DNA of 64,000 bases from Hormiphora californensis (Eukaryota > Animalia > Ctenophora): assembly GCA_020137815.1 (NCBI GenBank), contig CM035350.1, forward strand, positions 1,922,001-1,986,000, given 5' to 3'. This document shows, in pieces, positions 25,201 to 35,400 of the stretch. Under the pieces are notes generated by a model that was not told the origin of the DNA, ran no database searches, and saw nothing but the letters and a program-made list of their open reading frames with translations. A program made the position numbers and the translations under genes. Position 1 is the stretch's first letter. Each line of letters opens with the position of its first letter.

Positions 25201-26451
25201 AAATCGGCCAACTCAAACAGAAATTACAGCAGTTTTAAAGCAAAAATTCGGAACAGAACGAGTAGGTCTCCGCTGGAGAAAAAGTCACGTGACTACATGT
25301 AATAACTAGGACCATTTTACCCCATACATGTGCCATTTTACCCCGTGTGCCATTTTACCCCTTTCTACCCTATATGGCTATAGCCACTTAGGAATGGTTT
25401 AGAGACTTTTCATTGGTGCCATTTTGTAGGCAATGGCCAAGTTATGGGGGGTCGACGTCGGACTTTTAAGCTCTATCTTCAACCGTTTAGCCGTTATTTG
25501 GCTTTTAAGGTGCTGAAAATGAGTAAAAATCGGGCTTTTTACCGTTTTTTGCTCATTTTGAGCACCTTTAAAGCCAAATAACGGCTAAACGGTTGAAGAT
25601 AGAGCTTAAAAGTCCGACGTCGACCCCCCATAACTTGGCCATTGCCTACAAAATGGCACCAATGAAAAGTCTCTAAACCATTCCTAAGTGGCTATAGCCA
25701 TATAGCCTAAAAACGGTTATTCGCAAAACTAATTATCCAATTATCTAATTAACCGGATGAGAGAGATTTAATTTCAGCACCTACCCCCACTAATTCGAGG
25801 ACGCTGATCATTTTAGTGCCCTCGGTTTTGTCTCTACTCCTTTCCTAACATGGCTATAGCCATATGGCCAGCAAACGGCTATGCGCATACCTAATTATCC
25901 AATTATCTAATTAACCAGATGAGATAGAGACTTCATTCCGGCACCTACCCCCACTAATGCGAGGACGCTGAACACTTTGGTGCCCTTAATTTTGTCTCTA
26001 CTCCTTTCCTAAGGGTAGATACAGCTTTTTTCCCCTTGTGCTCAATTACCAATCAATTAGGGGCTAATTACACACCTTCCCCCAAATAATTGAGACTGAC
26101 ATTTTGGTTTTTTATGTTTAGGAGACCTATACCTAGGATGTACAACCGGAATTGGCTTGCCTCTAGTGAGTTCTAGGTTGAAACACGTTTTGACAGGCAT
26201 ATCGTGACGGCATATCGTGACGGCATCTATTCCCTCAGATTGCAGTTTGGGATTTCTTGGCGATGTCTGAGGAGGAATTGAGTGTGAAGGCGGGGGAGGT
26301 GATCAAGATAAGAAGGGATGAATCAGGGACTACGGGGGATGTATGGGTACATGGCAGGGTGGGAACTAGAGAGGGGAAGATACCCGTTACCTACCTCCAA
26401 CTGCTATCAACCTCAAACCGTGAAGTTAACAGTACCCTGACTACAATTTGA
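22272..26451 (+). CDS. Endophilin-B-like N-BAR + SH3 protein
   Basis: Exons 22272-22594, 22783-22987, 23123-~23285, 23466-23618, 23950-24066, 26239-26451. N-term FVARFFQKTGETIG resembles the endophilin H0 region; BAR motif LLNRRLDVDAAK; SH3 AVWDFLAMSEEELSVKAGEVI...WVHG...EGKIPVTYLQLL resembles endophilin-B GKVPITYLELL. One junction (23285/23466) has a phase mismatch, probably a consensus error. Confidence 0.88.
24139..26199. mobile_element. Foldback (palindromic) non-autonomous DNA transposon with ~660-bp inverted arms and TA flanks, in the last intron of the endophilin gene
   Basis: Left TA-agcctgtcaaaacgtgtc and right acacgttttgacaggca-TA; the arms are near-perfect reverse complements around a short loop at ~25525-25550 once the nested 24647-25370 insertion is removed. 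Confidence 0.92.
24647..25370. mobile_element. 724-bp MITE with TA TSD (Tc1/mariner/pogo-type signature), nested in the foldback element
   Basis: TIRs gggtagaaaggggtaaaatggcacac / gtgtgccattttacccctttctaccc. The opposite arm preserves the empty site (ggc-TA-tatggc), showing TA duplication. Internal ccattttacccc repeats; near-identical copy at 56851-57574. Confidence 0.93.
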
Positions 26452-27236
26452 GGCAGCAAGAACTCTCTCCACACACACGTGTATAATATCAACACCACGC
26501 ATCAACAATCGTCCTTTATATCTGATCAATGATAACTGAACAAACAGGTCCTGCAGATAGTGTTTGGTCGAATTGAAAGAGAAAAACGGCCCTTCAGCCG
26601 GGGTATACTGGTAAAGGGACGCCCTTTCAGTTTGAAGGGAATGAGACTTGAGAGATATCTGTCTAAAAGGGCGCCCTCGTACAATGAAACTCTCGGATAA
26701 AGGGTGGAAAAATAAGTTACATACAAGATTACATATCTCTTCGTGTATAATAATACGGGATACGAATTGGGTTGACACAGAAAATATGTCGTCCTTATTC
26801 TGTCCTAAAAAAGTTCTCGAATATTCTCGCATTAAAATACACACCTCTCTCACTCGTGGTCTCACTCACTCTCTCTCCCTCTCTCACTCGCTGTCTCTCA
26901 GTTCATCTCGCTCAATCATGGGGATTCCCCATTTCTCACTCATTCCCGAAACAAAACACACTGACGATAACAAACTGACGACACACAAACGCATGCTTTC
27001 TCAAATTTTCACAAGTCCTGAAAAACTAAAAACTAAAAAATGAGTAGTAACAAAACAAATACACGCACTGCTTCATAATACAGTGATCATGTTGATAATA
27101 AGTTTAACTTTGTCACGATGCCCTAACTCCTGCTGTGGGAGGAGAGATTCAGACACCGAGCCTGACAAGTTTTACACACAATTTGCCCCAATGATTGTTC
27201 TTTAAATGTGTCTATATATCAGCCCTTCCCCAGCTA

Positions 27237-30200
27237 CTAAACAGTGTTTTTGAACAGTCTATCAGTCGCAACAGATGATAGAATCTGTAGACCCGTCATC
27301 TTCTGTTCATCATCATCAGCGGTGGCCCACAGACTCACCCCGTTCCATCCCCCTGAAGTAGGAGGCTCCAGATCATATCCCCTGACAAAGGGGCCCTTGT
27401 AAGCGGGGGGTTCCCTGCCCGTCTCAAAGGGGAATGGGGCAGATCGGCACCCCACTGGGTAGCTGCACTTGTCCAGCTTGACATAACGTAGGAGGGAGGT
27501 GGGCCGTGCTGCCATGTAGGGTCCATCCTGGGTTTGTGAGGCACCCTGTAGTTTGAACCTATACACGTGATTGTTAGGACTTGTCAGGTGGTCCTCCTCA
27601 CTACTGCCCCCACTTCCCAACCTCTCCCTCCCTGTCACCCTAGCCCTCTTTCTGGCTTTTTCCCAAGTCTTGTTGTCGTCCTCAGGGTCCTCTTCACTCT
27701 TCTTACTGGCCCAAATAACGGGCCGCTTCTGGGCGATGAGTCGTCTGTAGATCTGGTTGTGTAGGACAGGGTTTCTAATGGTTGGGAACCGGCTCCAAAA
27801 CGCCGTGTCTTCCTCTTCAGTGGACCCCTTCTTGACCATCTGGGCTGCCTTGGTGCCTCGTGGGAAGTAGTAGGGGAAATCAAAGCTCTCCTTCAACTTC
27901 TTAACATACTCCAACTGTTCTGCGGTGTACTCTGGTTCTGGTTCCCGGGAGGGGGAGCTGCCATCCTTATCATCACCCCTATTGGGTGAGAGTTGCTGGG
28001 AGTTGTGCCGGTTCTCCATCTCCCTCCTGGTGACGACCTGGATCATGTCTCTAGCCGGGGAGGGCGGTGTTGAGGGTGGTGGGGAGGCCTCACTTTTTAC
28101 CTGCAGACGGAGAGGTGTGGTTAGGGGATACTTAATACTCTTTCTAATTCTCCAATCAGATGAAAACTTAAGATAATTCAGAAAACTAAAATGAAAACTA
28201 AAGATTCTCATCACCTCATCTTTGATGATATCAGCTCGATTGGCCAGGTCAGGTCGGATCTGGTTGAGCCTACCAAGGGATACTAGTCGGTGGATAGCAG
28301 ATACAGCATTCAGTGAGCTGTTGTTTGGATCCTCCATTGGGGCACCGTCTTCTGGGAAAAAGGGCGGTTTAGAACCTTGTTGGGTGGGTAAAAGGGTGGT
28401 TTAGAACCTTCGTAGGTGGTTTAGAAAGGTGGTTTAGAACCTTGTTGGGTGGTTGAGAAGGGTGAGTAAAAGGGTGGTTTAGAAGGGTGGGTAAACAGGT
28501 GATTTAGAACCTAATTGAGGCAGGTGACCCACTTCTCTGGCCACTACAACTCTGGCTACTACAACTCTGGCTACTACAACTCTGGCTAGTAGCCACAGTT
28601 GTACACAACTCTGGCTACTAGGAGTGCATCTCTGCAGGCTACCAAACGACCCCGCCTATGTATGCAACAGAACACCGACTCATTAGGTCATAGGTATACA
28701 CGAGTTAGGTAATAGGTTATTGGTTTGCTGGATAAAGTACTGATAAGTTGAGAACATGGTGATTGCTTCCAGGCCAACCCCAAGGAATCGAATCCCGCCA
28801 CTACAGCAACCTCCGCACCTAACAACACCAAGAGCTCTGACAACAACAGCGGAAAGACCGAGACCCTCCGTCGGCCGTCTACTAAGATAGTAAACGTGGA
28901 CAGCGGATACTCGCCAGAAACGGAGACTCAGATGGAACTCATCAGCCGTAAACCTGACATCGTTAACCTCACTTTTCTCCAAGACGGTGCACAAAAAATC
29001 GATTCTGAGCGCATCATCTGGTCCGGCTCTTCGAGCCAGACCAGAGACCGAAAGTGACTTTTTATACCCCGGACCCCCCCCCCCCCTCTGGCCTTAATTC
29101 GGTGCGGGTACACAAGTTACTAAGCCAGGCGCCCCGGCAATCTTGATAATCTGAGACCACCGTTCGATCTATACCCAGTTGTCCGGAATGAATAAATGTA
29201 TGGACTGGGGTCCACTGATTCAACTACTCCACTTTCCTGTACTCCCACTCCTTCTTCGCCGACAGAAAGTAGATCCACATGGAACAGCGAGCAGCATCTC
29301 TCCCCGTATCCTTCACCAGTTTCCTCGGTCCCCTACCTCTGAACCCTCGCCTGGAAACTGATCTAGTCAGGCTGTCCGCTACCTGACCCCGAGACCCAAC
29401 CTCAATTGCCATGTTGAAACACTTCCAACCATTAGCAGGACAAATAAGCTGATCCCACCAGTTCACCGTCTTTATCTCTCGCGAGAATTCAATATAAGAT
29501 CAGGCCTGCTTTGGTCTCAGGGATAGAATGAAGCCAACCATTCTCTCCCCCATATCGTACATGCTTCTCCAGCTGACTGTCAGGCCAATGCTTTGACCAC
29601 AGTTCTCATGCGAGAAACGAAAATGGGTCAAGCCAATACTCTGACAGCCAGCTGAACACATGAATCCCATCGGGACCACATCCTCTCTCCAAGCCAACCA
29701 CATCTGACTGAACGTCTAATTGCATGGTCTCTACTGCAGTCCTCTCTTGGTATAACCTCTTAAGAACTCTGTCGATCACAGCACCTATCGTCTCACTGTC
29801 CGACACCTTCTCCCAAGGATACGTCCCTGACAACGATATAATAACGTGTAATACGGCGTTATATTTCTTCTATAAGCGGGACTTCGTAATAGCCAGAGTT
29901 GCACCCCTAGTAGCCAGAGTTGTATACAACTGTGGCTACTAGCCAGAGTTGTAATAGCCAGAGTTGTAGTAGCCAGAGTTGTAGTGGCCAGAGAAGTGGG
30001 TAATCATTGAGGCATCATCTTACCTGAGGGAGGGTACCAGCGGGGTAGAATTGCTCGGGGAGGTTTCTTTGTCCTCTCAGCCCTGATCAGTTGGGGAAGT
30101 AGCCCACTAACAGATCCCTCCTCCTCATTCTCAACGTTCTGCTGTTGTTGTTGTTCCTCAGCTGCAGTTTTATTAGTGTACCAGGTAGGAGTCCTGCACA

Positions 30201-31483
30201 GGAGTTGTGGGGTCCAGAAAGAATATAATAATCAGGTATTCAATGATGGATTAGTGATGCTGATAACTTACACAAGACTGCTGTTAGAATCAACATCAAA
30301 TGCAAAAGCATCCTTTGGGTCATGTGGTACTCTAGTTATCAGCTCCACCTTCTCAGTTCGCTTCATCAGCATCCTCTCACTGATCTGGGACCACGTGTCT
30401 TCATCTATCTTTCCTGTGAAGGAAAAATTTCGATATAATACAATTCGAGGAAAAGCTGCTTTTGATTCCAAAATCCCATCCTTTATAAAAATTATTGACT
30501 TCCAAACCACTATTACCTGTATCATCTTCGTGAAAGTCTTTACCGAGCTCAACCCTTCCTAGTGCTATCTCCGCCAGAATATCGTCTAGATAGGAACTCA
30601 ACCCGTTCGTGCTTATCTTACCCTGACAGGGGTAGTAGGGAGTTAGTAAACCAGGTGGGGGGTTGTTTAGTAATCTTGATCTTCCATACCCTCGCAGAGT
30701 GCTCGCTTTGTGATTTATGAAATAAAATCACGGTGTGAGTAACACAAAAGTAACCATGTGATTAGGAAGTAGGCCAGAACACAGGTCATGGTAAATAAAC
30801 ACACGTGTGTTGAGCAGTGGGCCATGAGAAACAAGATGTTATTATATCAACACACATGTATTGAAAATAGAGCCATACAGCCTCGACGGTGTGTAAGAAA
30901 ATAATGTATCCAGAGGAAAACCATTCTAACTCATCCCCTTTCTCTCTCACCTTGCCCCGAGGGAGAGCTGTAAACCGGTAGAAACAGAGAAGCAGCTTGA
31001 CAAGATCCTGTTCATTGATGAGTTTACATCGAGAGCAGTGAGTCTCCACACCACCTAACTCCTTCATCCTCCTTAGCTCATCATAGTTGCCACAGTAGAA
31101 CTCAATACCCAACATCTTCATGCGAGTTACCACACTTGATCTGAATACAGGAGGGGGGAGGGTTAGATATAGTTTACTGGGAAACAGACATCGAGTTAGG
31201 GGGGGGGGGGATATCTCTCCTAAATAAACTTTCAAGGATATTTTGTCTCAACTAAACGATTGAGATGGAGTATACATGAGACTGATGTAATAGAAAAGAG
31301 GAAGCTATGATAGTCTCCCCAAACCCTCCCCCATTACGGGTGGTGTGTATTGTGTGTCTGGAGCATGTCTACATGTTATATGCAGTGTGTAGTGAGTTTC
31401 CTGTGCCTCCGGAAGATGGAAAATCTCTCTCGTCTCTCGTCTCTCGTCTCTCTCTCTCTCTTCTCTGTCTCTCTCTCTCTCTC

Positions 31484-31537
<54 letters not shown>

Positions 31538-31812
31538 GTTGCTACACAGAGAGTGCTTACATACCTTGGTCGATGGGCAAATAGCACGGAAACGATTTGA
31601 CTAATGCCAAACCATCTCTTTCCGTTAATTGTAAGGAAAACCAACTCCAAATTGTTAATCTTCAGTTTTCCATCAAAGTTCCTCTCACTTTTCTTTTTCA
31701 GTGTTTCAGCCTTATCGCGGGCCATTTGCCGCTGGTACTGCCGGAAGACATCATTGGCCTGGGCCCGGTTATACTGCCCAGGATTGAAGCCAAACCTCCG
31801 CTTTTCAGCCAT
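27237..31812 (-). CDS. SKI/SNO/DAC-domain protein, SKIDA1/dachshund-like
   Basis: Exons 31812-31565, 31140-30951, 30622-~30517, ~30414-30272, ~30193-30024, ~28351-28215, ~28101-27237. Spliced N-term KINNLELVFLTINGKRWFGISQIVSVLFAHRPRSSVVTRMKMLGIEFYCGNYDELRRMKELGGVETHCSRCKLINEQDLVKLL aligns by eye with SKIDA1 ([33 protein letters not shown]...EELRKLK...AKCTLISREDVEAL) and the Dach box-N (NRCKLISRKDF). Confidence 0.82.
28360..28512. repeat. Degenerate tandem repeat (ggtttagaacc / gggtgg units)
   Basis: Repeated ggtggtttagaa motifs adjacent to the MULE-like element. Confidence 0.75.
29224..29830 (-). pseudogene. Decayed 3' fragment of a HERO-like non-LTR retrotransposon (restriction-like endonuclease domain)
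   Basis: Translations WRSMYDMGERM, RPDLILNSRE and GWKCFNMAIEVGSRGQVADSL...AARCSMWIYFLSAKKEW match the RLE C-terminus pattern (RPD...GW...IEVG.RG...AA..S.W.W). Interrupted by frameshifts and a 73-bp insertion. Confidence 0.75.
29576..29648. mobile_element. 73-bp micro-MITE with 6-bp TSD (cagctg)
   Basis: actgtcagg...ctgacagc flanked by cagctg at 29570-29575 and 29649-29654; homologous to 59362-59432. Confidence 0.85.
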
Positions 31813-32502
31813 GGTTAGCTATAGGGAAGAAAATGGTTTGGGTTATCAAGAATGAAGAGAAATGGATAAGAAATGGGGTCGGAAAGTGAAGAAGAGAACT
31901 GAAGGTTGTCTCTCTGTGCGCGCAGGCGCGCAATTATAACACAGTACAAGGTGACAATTGTGTTTTTTCATAGCGAAATATCCGCGCTGACAGTGGCACT
32001 CTTTACAACGCGCCACCACAAAGTTCAACCCCGTACTGCGGCAGCGGCGGAAAGGCTCGGAGAAGAGGGGCGAGACAGGTCACACAGTGATCAGTAAATA
32101 GGGCACTGGGTTGTAAAATGTAAAGCTAGCCATTAAAGAAAATTTGACTTATGGCGAAGCAGCAAAACCCTGGTTTACAAGAAATAAGAAAATACAGTGT
32201 GCTCAGAACAAAAACAAGCAGGTTGAAAGATGTGTAAGAGAACACACAATATCAAGCATTTTACATTTTACACTCGGATCACTGTTGGCCCCGAAACATA
32301 AGGTTAGTACACAATGAAACATTCAATTCAATGCATACTACAGCTGAATTGAATGAGTACTGAGTAGTGAGTCAAAACCAGTTTATAAAACGTCGTGCTC
32401 CTGTGTTTAGGATTTAGTAAGACACGGGAGACCTTCAAAGATTTTGACCAAGAAAGTAATTACATAGTTACTAAAATGGGGAACAAGCTCTTTATTTCAT
32501 CT

Positions 32503-33330
32503 GGGGGGTGCGACATGTTAATTTTGTTAACTTTGTTAATATTAACATCGAGAAAACAGGTGATTTATTAACAAAATTAACAAAAAGTTAACAAACGTTA
32601 ACAAATGCCATTTATGCCATCTAAATCACCCTTAGCGTGTGTTTTTGGTATTTAACACTTGTTCTGCGAGCAAAGTTGTTCCTTTTGCACGATTTGCACA
32701 CCCCTACTAACCTCTACTACGGCTTTTCTACAGCGATTTGTTCCATTGTGTAAATTTTAATAAAAACTAGCTATACTAAACTGTAATTGAAGTCAATTGA
32801 CCCTAATCCACCTTTTTTAACCCTAAAAACTAAATAAGACTCATGAATTTACCATAAAACAAAAATATCCCAAAAATCAATTTTTCTAAAAAAACACAAG
32901 GATTTGTAGCGAAGCAAATTTTCAATTTTTGACCAAAAAATTGATTTTGGAAATATTTTGTTTCTTTTTCCGACAGAAACGTTGTACATCATCTTCTTTC
33001 GTTCAAAGAATCGATTATCAATGAAAAAATCACGTTAAAGTGAGATTTTATACGCTAAATTGAAATATTTGTAACTTTAGGATTTTTATCGATTTTGAGC
33101 CAAAAAACATGTATGTCGGACTTTGGTTACCGGAAGAGGCCTTGTTTGGGTATATATGTGTTAGATAAGTCATTAAACTATAAAATTAAACCAGTTAAAG
33201 TCGTATTATCAACCAATAAAAGCAGTCTTTGCTGATTTGTTAACTTTGTTAATTTTGTTAATTAACGTTAATTAACAAAATCGAAAAAAAGAGGTGATTT
33301 ATTAACAATTAACATGTCGCCCCCCCCCCC
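32503..33330. mobile_element. Non-autonomous TIR element with poly-G termini and 8-bp TSD (tttcatct)
   Basis: ggggggtgcgacatgttaatt ... aattaacatgtcgccccccc; tttcatct at 32495-32502 and 33331-33338; AT-rich interior with gttaac/ttaacaaa subterminal repeats. Confidence 0.85.
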
Positions 33331-33715
33331 TTTCATCTTTAGATCAGCTGACAGAGAGAAAGCAACGTAATAATCACGGGAGGGGGGCAGGGGAGGGGAG
33401 AAACTGGCAGTGAACTGGGGCGTGTGTAACCTATCAAGCAGGGTTACATACAGGGGAGTCTGTTCCTTGATAGTGAAGTACTTCATCATAAAAGCCATTC
33501 TAATTCGAAGCAGAAAATGCAAAAGTCATAACTCGGAGCATTGGGAACATTCTTGGACTAAAAAACCACTGAAATCTTGAGATTAAATTAGATAGATCTC
33601 TTCAATTTCACTCATGTCCAAGAAATAATATATCACGTGATATCTTTTCAGTTACCCTTTACACACTGGGGCGCTGAGAAATCTGATTGGAAAAAGCTGT
33701 AAACCTAAATGCAGC

Positions 33716-34000
33716 ATCTGGCTTTTTTGGCCTTACCCCCCCCCCCCCCCCCGCCAAACCTTTCATTTTATAGCATTTAGTAAATGCTATAAATTGAAAG
33801 GTTTGGCGGGGGGGGGGGGGGGGGAGGCCAAAAAAGCCAGATCAATCCCAGATTTTAGCGCGGGTTTTTGGCTTTTTTGGCCCTACTTTTTTTAGGCAAA
33901 AAAGGCCAGATAAAAAAGGCCAGATCAAAAAAGGCCAGATCAAGAAAAAGCCAGATCAATCCCGGATTTCAGGGCGGGTTTGGTTTTTTGGCCTCGCCCG
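33716..34000. mobile_element. Second member of the 2211 element family, with a ~125-bp hairpin at its left end
   Basis: atctggcttttttggcc-polyC-gccaaacctttcattttatagcattt / aaatgctataaattgaaaggtttggc-polyG-ggccaaaaaagccagat, followed by aaaaaggccagatc repeats and cccggatttcagggcgggtttgg as in 2211-2787. Confidence 0.75.
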
Positions 34001-34518
34001 TTTTAGCAAGACAGTTTAGAAAGATCGGGAGGAGTGACTATGAAGTGAAGAGAACACTTTTAAAAAGTTGGTGTCTTGCTTATATTCTTTAAGCAATAAT
34101 TTCAGCCACAGTTGACTCAATAGAAAGTTTTAGGTAAAATTGTGTTCCCCTGTGTGTGTACAATCCACAAGGGAAGATAATTGTTGATTCTCTGTCAAAT
34201 GCTATTTGGCAGATAATCATAATTCTTATTCAGATATTAGAAATAGGAAAATTCGTCAAATATAATAGCTATTTTTCAATGACCAAGAAGATTAATTTGC
34301 GTTATGCTCACATAACACTTGACTGTCCTTTCACGTGACCTATTTTGATCTCACATTCCGTGGTAGCATACAAGTGCAAGGTCACATTAATAACTCACAT
34401 GAAGGGTTTTATGAAGTAATTCCAATAATTATCTTGCCTTAATCGACTCAGGGTTAGAACAAAACAATGATTATCTAGAGTGACCTATTTTACTCCTTCA
34501 TTTTAATCGCTTTTGGGT

Positions 34519-35400
34519 TTAGTGGTGCTCCTTCAGTACTGCCTTGTTATATTTCTTGTATATCGGTGATATTTGCTGCTTCTTCAAATCCACTGGTATG
34601 AATCCGTTAGCAAATGATTGATTCAGGATATACTTTTCCAGGGCTGAACCCCCCAGTAATTGATCAATGAGTACTAAAACATCATCCATCAATTTTGTTA
34701 GAGGTGACCTCCGAAGAACACTGGAACAGTTTGTGAATTGTGGCAAGCAGATTATTATTATTATAATCAGTCCAGTGAAAGACCTCCACTCTAAACAGGA
34801 GGGTACCTCAATCGTCTTGGAGCGATTTTCAACAGAGAATGCTTATTTCTGAAACTGAAGGTTATGCCTGCGAGTGAAACCAAGGATTCTGGTAGAGGTT
34901 TATTTGTCCATCCTCTCGTAAGAAGTGGACTACTGGGAGAGACTTGCGTTCCTTGCTAATCGCGCATTAATGAAAACTCCTAGTTGGACTATGGGCTGAG
35001 CCAGGGCATGGACTTCTAGTAGTTAAACTAGATGAGTACAGGGGGCTGAAGCATTTGTTCATCTGGATGTATCGGCATGATAAGTCGAACTTTTTGAAGG
35101 TTAGAAGATTTTGTGGGCTCGAGTCGGTGCAGTTGCTATCCACTGACGTAACAATATCCTTTTTGGACCAAGCTCGAGTAACTCTCAAATGTGAAATGCC
35201 CGTCAGCTCTCCACTCAAGCAATTTTCGACTGTATTTTCTTTTCATTTATGCAAATAGAGGGCTTTTGACTCAGGGGTTCTCCTTTATCCCCCTTTATCT
35301 GAGCCACTTCTTTCTCGTCGGTGATCTTTCGGAATCCAAAATGCTGATACTCCAGTCATGATACACCAGAAGTTCTTCGCGATGAAACTCTATCAGCTCT
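34519..35400 (-). pseudogene. Degenerate CR1/L2-type LINE ORF2 fragment (region just upstream of the RT domain)
   Basis: ILNQSFANGFIPVDLKKQQISPIYKK matches the conserved LINE motif l.nqS..tG.iP.dlK.a.isPiyKK; the left part is supported, the right boundary is approximate. Confidence 0.65.

Larger units (their letters stand above)
28523..30005. mobile_element. MULE-like non-autonomous TIR element with 9-bp TSD and internal cargo, in an intron of the SKIDA1-like gene
   Basis: Direct repeat attgaggca at 28514-28522 and 30006-30014; ~105-bp TIRs (ggtgacccacttctctggccactacaactctggcta... / ...tagccagagttgtagtggccagagaagtgggtaatc) containing 15-nt ctacaactctggcta repeats; no transposase inside. Confidence 0.85.

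Noticed and set aside
27237-28337. 366-aa ORF as a stand-alone single-exon gene
   Set aside because: It reads through an in-frame intron (~28214-28102) and is the 3' part of the spliced SKIDA1-like gene.
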